The notes beneath the pieces are model-generated. The model was not told the DNA's origin, made no database searches, and was given only the letters and a program-made list of their open reading frames with translations. Position numbers and translations under genes: made by a program. Source: Trichoplax adhaerens (Eukaryota > Animalia > Placozoa). Taken from it: DNA of 64,000 nucleotides. Of this stretch, positions 33,482-44,526 are shown in pieces. Every line of letters starts with the position of its first letter. Position 1 is the stretch's first letter. Location: positions 1,023,746 to 1,087,745 of the forward strand of contig NW_002060959.1 of assembly GCF_000150275.1 (NCBI RefSeq), in the 5' to 3' direction.

Positions 33482-34866
33482 GTAGACAGATGAAACGATA
33501 GAGGAGACGAATGGAAATACACGTAGACTATAGCAAAATCAAAGCTAAATTAAAAATGCAATGACTTGACTATCTTCAACTGGAATTAGAAAAGTTCAAT
33601 TTGATCGCGGTTAGTCTATTGAGTTGACGTTGAATCTGAGATTCTTCTGACAAGAGTAATTAATTTATAAAGTAATGCGATATAGAAATAACGTTGTCAA
33701 TCAATTAATTTGATGCACATTGTTGACGGAATGAAAATGACCGTTGTACAGTTTCCAATCTGACAGCTTTTAACTCAAACTCAAGCCTATTCTTCAATAG
33801 TATGCTTGGCCAATAGCAGTCATAGAGCCAAATTTAGGCATTATTAACATGGATACTTTGCTCCCCACTGCAATTGGGCCACGGCCTCTTGCTTGTAATA
33901 CACGGCAAGGTTGAAGTTGTCAAACCTTGGTAAGCCTGACAAACGAATTAATTCAATCAATTAAATTGGAAGAAATCGACTAAAGTTGGAGCAACATTCC
34001 GGACATGCAGGCTGTTGACTACCTATGAAGTAACAACCCTTAAGCCTAAATAACTGAATATCATGTAACGATATCACGATTATTTAATACTGTACAGTTG
34101 ATAGATAAAGGTTGGTTTAGCTTGACCTACATCCTTCAATACAATGCATTCTTATCAGTGATCAAATAGTCCACAATCTTATCTATCTGCAGTATAATAG
34201 GTAGTGGGCCATAGGTTACAATAGGAGAACAATCGACAAACTAACTTGTATTGTTGTCCTTCATTAGAATAAACGATTGGATATACTACAGTATAGTATA
34301 CACTCAGCGCACACTACAAATGTAACCGGATGACAAGTTGAAATCTATTCGATGTTCGATGAAATGTACCAGTCACAGATAGGAGCGAACCTCCTGTGGA
34401 AATAAAAACTTTGACTACATACATTGCGTTATTGACGCTACTTGCGAAGAAGACATGACTAGGAATAGGATGCGATGGGCTGTAATACTGCACTACAGTA
34501 AGATATATTGGAGGATGTCGGCAGTATCCATGTCTGGAGATGAGATTGTTCTATTTTAATGGCCGATCGATAGCTGATAGACTTACGATGTCCATCGCCG
34601 TTATGACTTTTATCCATGCACTTTCTCTGCTCTTTTTCAGAAATTGCTATCACAGAAGACCATCGCTCATGTCGAAAGTTGACGACAGAATGGATGGCGT
34701 CTCAAAGTGCTCATTGAAGAGTATCGAATAGGTTTTGAGAATGTGCTCTTTGTGATATGAATTAAGTCATGATGAAGCGCATTGACAGGCTAGAGAGTGC
34801 ACGACATTGACCAGACATGCTATCAATAATTAACTGGTTTTCAAAAAATTGCATTGATGCATCTAT

Positions 34867-34914
34867 TGGTCAAGTTCAAGTCATGGTCAAGTTCATGTCA
34901 TGGTCAAGTTCATG
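34867..34914. repeat. 17-bp tandem repeat x3, TGGTCAAGTTCA(A/T)GTCA, rich in nuclear-receptor half-sites
   Basis: Units start at 34867, 34884 and 34901; the third is partial. Confidence 0.9.
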
Positions 34915-35319
34915 CAGTGTCGCCTAATCTCGCCTGTACAATATGTGATGGTGTGATTCATTCATTCAGCTAGTTATGAGCTGAAATAGAGTCCATTTTA
35001 TTATTTCGCCCGCTGTATCAAGCTTGGCGATTGGATTCATTTTTTGCTGTAATACAATATGACATCAAGAGCAGTATAGTATAAAACAATGCAAAAGTGC
35101 CATAACAAAATAGCTTTGAGTAAGACATCCGCCAGTACTTGTGGTAGTAATTTACTTGTAGTAGAACTCCTATGCAAAATGACGGCGAATAGTAAAAATC
35201 GTTGTCATTTTGTATAGAAGTTGTACTAAGTCAATACCATCCTTTGCGGCATTGGCGCATCGAATTGTGAACATCCACTTCCAAATGGAATGGGTCTACA
35301 TTAACAGTCAAGGGACTCT

Positions 35320-35740
35320 CTACCACGGTGGCTCCGCTCGCAGCTTTTCTGGTCCTGTAGTCTCTAGTTCGTCATGACTACAGTATTGACTCGGTACTCC
35401 TGCGGACTGAAAGAAATACGCAGGTGCAGTCCGCGAGGAACGGAAGTGCGCATCCGCATTCCCTTCCATTCCGTAGTTGACCCGCACCATCGATTCGCTC
35501 GTACAATACTGTACAGTGTACAGTACAGTACTGGTACTGTACACTGTACACTGTACCAGTACTACAGTGCAAGTACGGTAGTTGCGCCAGTCAGGCAAAA
35601 GATAAACACGTTCAGGCTTGAATCGTGTCAGCATCACCGGTGACCACTGGTACTACAGTACAGTACCGTCTAGTGCAGTCCGTTCCAGTCCGATCCGGTC
35701 CAGTACTGGACTGGACTGCAGTTCGGCGTCATGACACAGA
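35320..35740. promoter_or_regulatory. GC/CpG-enriched probable bidirectional promoter between the divergent P450 and DCLRE1A
   Basis: ETS-type CGGAAGTG (35441-35448) overlaps NRF1-like TGCGCATCCGCA (35447-35458). TACAG/TACTG arrays include a 17-bp perfect inverted repeat at 35510-35550. Lies between head-to-head genes. Confidence 0.55.
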
Positions 35741-36322
35741 AAGGAAAATCTGCAAATGGAGTCTAAGCGGCCTAGCAGGCTAATGCCATCGGCTCCTCGA
35801 TATTCGTCTACTACGGCTTGACGAGTTATGCGTGCTGTAGAGCGAGCGAGAAGAGTTCTCCTATTGCTACCAACGCAAAAAGTGGATCTAAGATTGAGAA
35901 TTGGAGACCCATACGTCTACCTATCCAAGCTTAGGCCAGCTTTCTAGCCTATGCAAGCGACGCCATTACCAACAGTCCAATCACCTGACGACAGCATCTT
36001 CATTGGCGCTGGATCAGCCGTCCAATGATAGTAGGTCATCTTCCATCTTAAGGTAAGCAAACTTGATCGATAGACTCTCAGATATACGATGAGAAGCATA
36101 CAGTAGTCGCCAATGAAGCAAACTGCAGATGCATACGCGTAGTACGATCATCGTTAGATGCACACCTGCAATAGCCACTCTTATCCATTCCATGGCATTC
36201 ATTTGTCATGGCATGAAAGGATGAGTTATTGACATAGACTAATTCCATCAACAGGTCTAGAAGGGATTCCTAACTTGGTTACATCATCTCAGCAACAAGC
36301 CTTCTACTGGATCGACTGCAAA

Positions 36323-39300
36323 ATGGTAGGCAATAACGAGGATGACGATGTTGTTTGGGATTTTAAAATCTACAACAAAATTAAAAAGGGATCAACCAAA
36401 AGACCCAAGAAAAAAGCAAAAGGACGCAAATTAACGCTGAACATCACTCATTTTACCCGCACCTTTTCAGGTCAGTCAACTGTCGATAGGATAAACAACT
36501 CTTGAATCCATTATACAAGTATTGGACTAAAACCTACATAGTGCAAAATCCAATAGGTGTACAGTAATACTATTATTCGCAATACCTTCTGTACTACATG
36601 CATTCATCAACAACATCAATCTCCACGCGTCGATTCATTGATGCACAACCGACCCATTCTGTACAGTACTGTAATCATCATTTCATAACATAAATTCATA
36701 TCTCTTGTCTTATGCTAGGTTCTACACCGGAGACCTCAAAAAATGCAAATGATAATCCGACTACCAACGATAACGATGATGACGAGGTTATTATCGTATC
36801 AACTCCCCCGTCATCCTTGAGTAACAGCCAAAATTTAAAGAATCAAACCATCAATGGCATTCTCGATCCTATCCCAAGCGATATCAATCAAGAGGATAAG
36901 GATAATCATAACATGATGACAACTCAGACTGGAGCTCAAACTCAATGCAATCATCATCGTGACATTGATGAAGTTTCTAACTGCCCAAGTCGACAGGATA
37001 ATTCAGCTTTCCTTGAAAAAAACAATACAATACATCAATCATCTTCTGCAGACGCCTTCCAAAATAGTGATACACTACAAATGGATCAGGAGAATAGACA
37101 GGATGACGTTGCTGCTAACTCGAACCATGAATCTGTTTGTATCACAGACGAAGAAGGAGAAGATCAGCATAATTCAACGGCTGCAATGGATAACAGTTAT
37201 CTTCATTTGATGGAAGGCAGTGATGACGATATTGATGATCTAGTAGTCATCCAATCGCTAACTAGAGATCCTAGCCATTTACTTCTAGTCAAAAGTGATA
37301 GTGACATTGTTGATGCAGCCAAACAAGATAGCATCCAATCAACGACACAAGATCATGATGATAAAACGGTATCAGATACATCAACACCAATATCCAAGAA
37401 AGCTCCCAAGTTGTCATACTTCCAGAGGACATATCAGTTAGCACAGAAAAGGAAGAAAAGTGACATGCAACAGAGTTCTATCTTGAACTATTTTTCATGC
37501 CCTAACAAAATGGTGACCAAACCTAGCGTAAGCCAAAGCAAGAACAGCAGCCATAATCAGGAAAGTAAGCAATCTAATAAAATACGAAAATCCAACAAAT
37601 GGAATGACCCTAAAGGAAAGAGAAAATGTCCCTTTTATAAGAAAATCACTGGTAATGAGTAGCATATTGGTCGTAAAAATCACACATAGCTAGTGGATTA
37701 ATGTCAGCATGCATAATTAATCGATTCTTATTGTACTAAACTAAATTATCTGATAATTCTACAAGTACCATATACTGTACTAATAATGAACTTACTTCAT
37801 TCTCAATATGATTGCATGTCCTATCAAATAGGTACAACATTTTGCGTTGATGCGTTTAGCTATGGTCCAATCTCTGGCATAACTGCCTACTTTTTAAGTC
37901 ATTTTCATTCGGATCACTACTATGGGCTAAACAAAACTTTTAATGCTAAGCTTTATTGCAACAAGATAACCGCCAATTTGGTCAGTAGAATGTTACATGT
38001 CGAAAAGCAATACATCACAATTTTACCAATGCATCAATCAGTTGTAGTGGATGACGTCGAAGTTACGCTGTTAGACGCTAACCAGTAAGTACAATAAGAT
38101 CTGTTGCTTCTTATGAAAGCCACTTTATGCAGTATTCTAATAGCAAAATCATGACAGAATGATCAATGAAGCCTTTGGAGTAAGTTAATCTCTTCACTTT
38201 TGTAGTTGTCCTGGTTCTGCCATGTTTGTCTTCAGACTACGTAATGGCTCTGTTCACTTACACACAGGTATTGAAGGTTCACCAGAGATATACTTGTATA
38301 CTGTACTTTAGATATTAGTGAATGTGGCTCTGTACAAACGGATAGGTTTAACTCTTCATCATCATCCATATATTGTTGCATTAAATTGAAGACATTTTGT
38401 AGGAGATTTTCGAGCCTCAGAAGAAATGGAAAAATTGGATATACTAAAAAATAGTGTAATATCCGAACTGTATTTAGATACCACGTATGTATAGTATCAT
38501 CAGAAAAATTATCATTAGCTAAACTATTGCCTGCCAAGTGATTTTCAATTGTTCGTATTATCAAAATAATTACTACTACCAGATACTGTGATCCGAGCTA
38601 CGATTTCCCATCGCAAAAATTTGTGCTAGACTATGTATTGGCAACCGTCACCGACGCATTAAAATGTAACAAGCGTTGTTTAGTAGCTTGTGGAACATAT
38701 ACTATTGGTAAAGAAAAAGTTTTTCTAGGTAACATGGGCATTAGTCGTTTTATAGCATTTACCATACTCGTATTAATCAAATTAATTCTACATTAGCCAT
38801 TGCCAGGGCCCTGGAGTGCAAGGTATACGCTCAAAAGAATAAACTTGGAACGTTACAGTGTTTAGAAATTGAGAATTTTAAGACATTATTTACTTCCGAT
38901 CCACATTCTACTTTTCTTCATGTCTTACCAATTTGGTCCGTTAGTGCAAAGGTATGTTTAAATGATTGATAAAATATTTAACTTAGAAAATCGCGTTGAA
39001 ATGTTTTTAATGCGGCCAAGTACTTATTGCAATACTAGATTACAATCTATTATTGCACTTAATTTATGATGATTTGCAGTGCAAAAGTTGATATTAGTAA
39101 GATAATGAAATAAATCCAACATATTTTGATGAAACTGGACGCTAATATGACTATAAAATTTACGATATCCAGTTTCTTAGAAATTATTTAGACCAAAACG
39201 CAGATCAATTTGACTGTGCAATTGGATTTAAACCTACTGGATGGACTCATACGAATAATGTTACTGCTTCTGGAATTGTTGCCAGACAATATGGATCGAT

Positions 39301-39582
39301 ATCCATATACGGTAAGGGCGAAATAGTTTCTATTTGTTACTAATGTTGCCCTCTGTACTCAAAATAGCATTCTGAATGAAAAGATATAAATATAGTTGAT
39401 AATAATTTTTAAATATTATTCCTGATTCCGTAGGTGTACCTTACAGTGAGCACAGCAGTTATAGTGAGATGAGACGATTCGTACAATTTACGAAGCCCCG
39501 AAAAATTATCCCAACGGTTAATGTTGGTTCGCCTGAGAAAAGACGTGAAATGAATATGATCTTTCAGCAATGGCGGTCTTGA
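36323..39582 (+). CDS. DCLRE1A: DNA cross-link repair 1A (SNM1A/PSO2), MBL/beta-CASP nuclease
   Basis: N-terminal [10 protein letters not shown]; [11 protein letters not shown]|[11 protein letters not shown]; [13 protein letters not shown]; DANHCPG; HTGDFR; LYLDTTYCDP; GTYTIGKEK; FKPTGW; [22 protein letters not shown]. Confidence 0.95.
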
Positions 39583-40319
39583 AATCACGTGGCCCTGATA
39601 AATCGTATTATCGGTTATGCAAATTTTATTATAAAATGTTGTTTGATGTAAAGTCTTGTAAATTTTATTTAGGCGAGTATCGATTAGATAGTATTATAGT
39701 ATGTTTTTAATGTGACGACCGAAGCATTGTAGAACCTGTAAATATTGAAATCGTCACACTGCTACAATTGCAGTGGCGAGGTCGGATGTTCTATACACTT
39801 GCTCACCAGCAACTTTATAAATCAACTGTAGTACAGTGTAATAACTAAGCAGTTTAAGCGATTTATCAATTTTGAACTTTTTACTTTATTACCATGCAAA
39901 ATCAAGATCACATTGTTTCACAGCATTATTTAAAGCGTCACGACCGATACTAATATGCGCAGGACGTATAGCCAAAGAATTATAGCATAGAAATTTTTCC
40001 GCAAGGAAACAAGCACTAAAGCAAATTAATATCATCATTAGTTCTATCAATTGATGGAAATGATATCATTTAATAATTATACATATTGAGAAATTGCAAA
40101 TCGTTTGTAAGCATATCAGAAATTATAAATGCTTTTAAACATTTAGCTAGACTATATTATCAAAAAATCAAGGATGGATAATGTAGGGAGACGAAGCTCA
40201 CAAACCCTACAGCAACGAACAATTTGACTAAGGCAATAGCTAGTGCACATAATCGATGTTCACATAAGCAATCAAATAAACATAATCAATTCTTTATAAA
40301 CCATGTTTCTGTATCATTT

Positions 40320-41804
40320 TTAAGAGCTGAAGCATAATATTAAGCAATTGTATTTAATAAAGGCCAATTTTCCATTGTAATCATAGACTTGGCTTTTTCG
40401 ACAACGGGTGTATCTGCATCGAGGAGACTTGAGCACTGCACTTTCTTTAGCTACATAGATAGCAAATTCAATAGTTTATTATGATATCCTAGCAATAGAA
40501 GGTAGGTGAACCGATTCATTGTCTACTTACTTTTGACTTTGTAGATCTCCGTATCCATACAAAAGCTAAAAAATTCTGGACGCTTTCTGAATCTTCGTGT
40601 CATAACCTCAACTTGTAAACCCTATTAAAAGATTAATAATATAGTATGGGAATTTTGCTGCAATTTAATTGTCAACACGCACCGTATTCAATGTACAATG
40701 CTTCTTACCCCTGTCGACCATAGTTGCAAATTTGATTTTAATGCCATTTCATAAATCTCTTCGCGACTCCAATTCTTGCGCGCTTTCGCAGTAGTAGCCA
40801 TGTTTACGTTTGTGTCGGTTTGATTCTCATTTAAACTTCCATTATTAGTAATATTGAAATTATTTACAATAGTTTTATTTTGTTGTATAGTTTGATTGTT
40901 AAGCATCTCCAAATTTAATAAGTCTCTCATTCGCTTTTTATTAATGCGCCTGTATAGACAATTATCACCAATGTTTACCAGGAAATCGTCCTAAAATGAA
41001 GGTATACATCCAATTATTAGCTAGAACTACAATAGATACTTATCACAAGTACCGGTGGATAGTAGATAATTGCATTTAAAGTGATTCCATTTACAAAGAT
41101 AATGTACAAAGCCTTCCTTAATGCCGACATTAATTCATTAATGATATCAATAATAATCAAGGGTTATCGAAATAAAAGGACCTTTATTATGGTGTGTGCG
41201 GTTAATTGTATCTATTATATCAGTAATGTAATGTAATGTAATAGTAGTGCCTTTGACTAAGCCCGTACAATGAATTATCTGTTTGGTTGATCGCAATTAC
41301 ACATGTGAAGCAAAAACTGTTGAAAAAAAATCTGGCGTATTAATGTTTATTGCTATTTCAAAAACTGTTTGTCATCCATATTCTCGTATATTATAAAGAG
41401 ATACTCTACTACTATTTCGCTAAATCTGCAGTATTATGTTTACTGACATTTAACAAAAAGTAACCCATATAATATACTAAAATTATGGCTCATATAACTT
41501 AGTCTTTTTATGATAACCTGCCTGATTTATCAAGCATCATTTAGTTTAAACACGAACTCAGAGATAGCCCTGCGGTACACATAGAATATATAACGCGAAA
41601 TAAATCATTAAACTATCATTATTACTATCCTGGCTTTAAATTAGAAAATAAAAAACTATAACAATTCCTAACCTTGGCGACATCGATCACAACAAATGCT
41701 CGCCCTATCAATTCGACAGGTTGATGATTTGTAACTGTAGGTCCAGGTAAATTTCTCGCAGAAATTCCGGCAATCAGGAAAAATAACACAATCATAAACT
41801 TCAT
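40320..41804 (-). CDS. Secreted 211-aa BRICHOS-like precursor with C-terminal cationic 4-Cys peptide (exons 41804-41673, 40990-40709, 40621-40531, 40450-40320)
   Basis: Four exons join in frame with GT-AG introns (phases 0, 0, 1). Signal peptide MKFMIVLFFLIAGISA; VVIDVAKDDFLVNIGDNCLYRRI and FSFCMDTEIYKV resemble the two Cys blocks of BRICHOS; tail SPRCRYTRCRKSQVYDYNGKLAFIKYNCLILCFSS*. The gene model is firm; the BRICHOS call is pattern-based. Confidence 0.78.
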
Positions 41805-44526
41805 CTTGAGATAATGTAATAGAGATGAGATAGTCCAAACTATTTATTCTTTTGATCGTTTCTCTTCAACGGAGGGTAAATTATAAATCCGGAAGGGAAA
41901 CCTTGCTGTTTTATACTTTTCTGCTTCAATGACTTTCTATTTATCCGCGCTGACTAACGATTTAAACATGGAATTTTGGGATAAGCAAATTACTATCACA
42001 CTCAATCAATCGGCACCATAAATGATTTATTCACTCTAACACAAAAATACATATGCTTAATATATCGTGAAAGATATGGCATTCTACTATTAAAGTGAGA
42101 TAAATACTGTATCAATTTCTTGCTATTGTAGAAATAAAACGATAAATCTTTATCTATGACGCCAACGTGGTGCCGACATGATTGGCAATGTCTATTGTTA
42201 GCACACTCAATATAAAGTATCAGATGAGTAATTTGCTATTAATAGCGCTGTGTTCCTATTTTTAATATAACGGAAAGAAAGACGGTACATCCATACGTAA
42301 CAAAATAGCAATAAATCCCGCACTTCCTAAAATAGATTTGTTTTCTATATCTTAAAGTGGATATTGCTATCTTTACTTGTTAAGTAGTTAAGTAAAATTT
42401 TTTTGAATACTGTATCCTGTATGCATTTTATTCTTACTGCCATATATAGCTAACAAGCACTAATTGAAGTTGCTATCTACTGTATAATTTCGTTCATCAT
42501 TTCAATTTTATAATTACGCTGATTCTGTTACAATTAAGGTATATTTATTTGACGTTAATATCTGTTAATGTCAATCGATTTCCGCTTGTCATAGCGCAAT
42601 ATAGCTTGTGTATGTTATGCGGTTATTTTGTAATAATCATTAGCCATCATTGATACTCGTATATGTATCTCTCAATCTGTAACATAATCTATGGTGAATA
42701 ATTGTATGAAATACTTAATAATTGAGTTATCAACGTCATCAATTCCTCTCTTACCTTGGATAAATTTAGTTACATTTACACCGTACGTTGTAATTTGGCG
42801 CTAATCTTTAACGATGGCTACTAATTAAGATTACCTATATTATTCCTTGCAGCAGAATTTCGTAACACAAGGAGATCGTTGAATGAATTGATTGTGCTAG
42901 TAAATATAATGCATATTGCTCCTAAAATACATGCTAACTTAGGGCATAGTGCCAATTTCATTCTAGCGCTTAATACAACGATAGTGTCCAAATTTATCGC
43001 GAATTTTAAGTACTGTTAACATATAGCCACTCTGATTTCATAATTTTAATCCATTTCATTGGCCTACCTAACAACTTGAACTAAATTAATAAGTGTTGGT
43101 AGCCAACCATAGGTAGAATGGAAAGCTTTTATCTTACTTCTGTGGTAGATATATTTTCATAATCCCTGTACTTAAAACAGTTTAACCAATAGAAGGCACA
43201 TATGTACCATAGAAATAAAGAAAGATGGTATGATATACAATATATCCTCTTGCTCCTTATTATTATTACAGTGCAATACCACGAATAGGTGGAGTCTTAA
43301 CCATTTAATATTAGCAAACAATTTGTCGATTTATTATAACAGGAAAGATAGACAGTAATTAACTCTTTCAAGATGACACCTACATTGGATCACCTTTTAC
43401 TGCCATTTAAATAAAGCGCATTTATTAAGCTAATACTAGACGACACAGTTTTTACAATTGTCTTTAGACACGCATTAGCTCTACACCTTCAAAGACAATT
43501 TTATGGTAATGAAATTAAAATCTACATGGCTAAGATTGACATTTTTACTTACAAGAACTAAATATCGAGATGACTTATTAAGTGCCTGAATTTGTAGAAA
43601 TATTTGATAATTTATTCGTTAAGGTAATCAAAATGTTGCACTGAAATTTGGAACCTCATAAAATTGTGCTTAGTTCCTTTAAATTTCTAACATGAGTGAT
43701 TATATTAATGTACGAGTATGAGATAGAAGTACTGTAACTTCTGTGAACTACAGTAAACTGATATGTTAATCTAAGATTAATGCTAATCGCAATCAGAATG
43801 AGCTCAGTATTGCCATATTCAGCAACATACGTTTTTGATTTTCCATGAATCGAAAATAATAATATACTCTCCCTTCCTGTTAATCGCTACCTCTCTTATT
43901 TAAAACTTTTGGAATACGCAATTTCAAATATTTTAAATATTGTGTTAACGTCGATATTACATTAACTAACAGTCGTCGGTTTCCTAAACTGACTCGATGA
44001 TAGGTTTCGCTAATTGTCTTTCAAGGTATAAAGAGACTAGTTGTAATTCGAATAAAAAAAAATTGTAAGGAAATTGCAATATGCATCATATTTAGTAGTA
44101 TATAATGTAAAAATAATGGCGGACTCTAGCAATTATTAGTTGTTTACTAGGTATCTTAATAACTATAATAACTTCCCGCTTTTGTACGTAAGCTAAACTA
44201 GGATAATACTTGTAGATAGAATAATTTAGGTACTTTTATTACATCATGAGACGGCTAACTTTGTGATGATTTATCTTTTGTTATGTTAATGCTTAAATTA
44301 TGCTAATTTGACTGATGATCTAATTCCCCATATACATTCAAGGCTAATTAATATAGTCGAATAGATTCTTGACCAGCTATAGGATTGGAAAACCTGTATA
44401 GCTTTAACACAGAAATTATCCTCAATGATTTCCGTTCTTTATTCCAAGTTATAGTAGATGATTGAATTGTGCTCTCATTGATTATTTTTGATATAACGAC
44501 TGCATATATATATGAAGCCCTAAAAC

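Noticed and set aside
33740-34740. Exon-like segments and short ORFs upstream of the P450
   Set aside because: The frames I checked stop early and show no motifs; more likely 5' UTR exons or intergenic DNA.
35320-35643. Three overlapping ORFs in the GC island
   Set aside because: By-products of GC-rich, repeat-rich promoter DNA.
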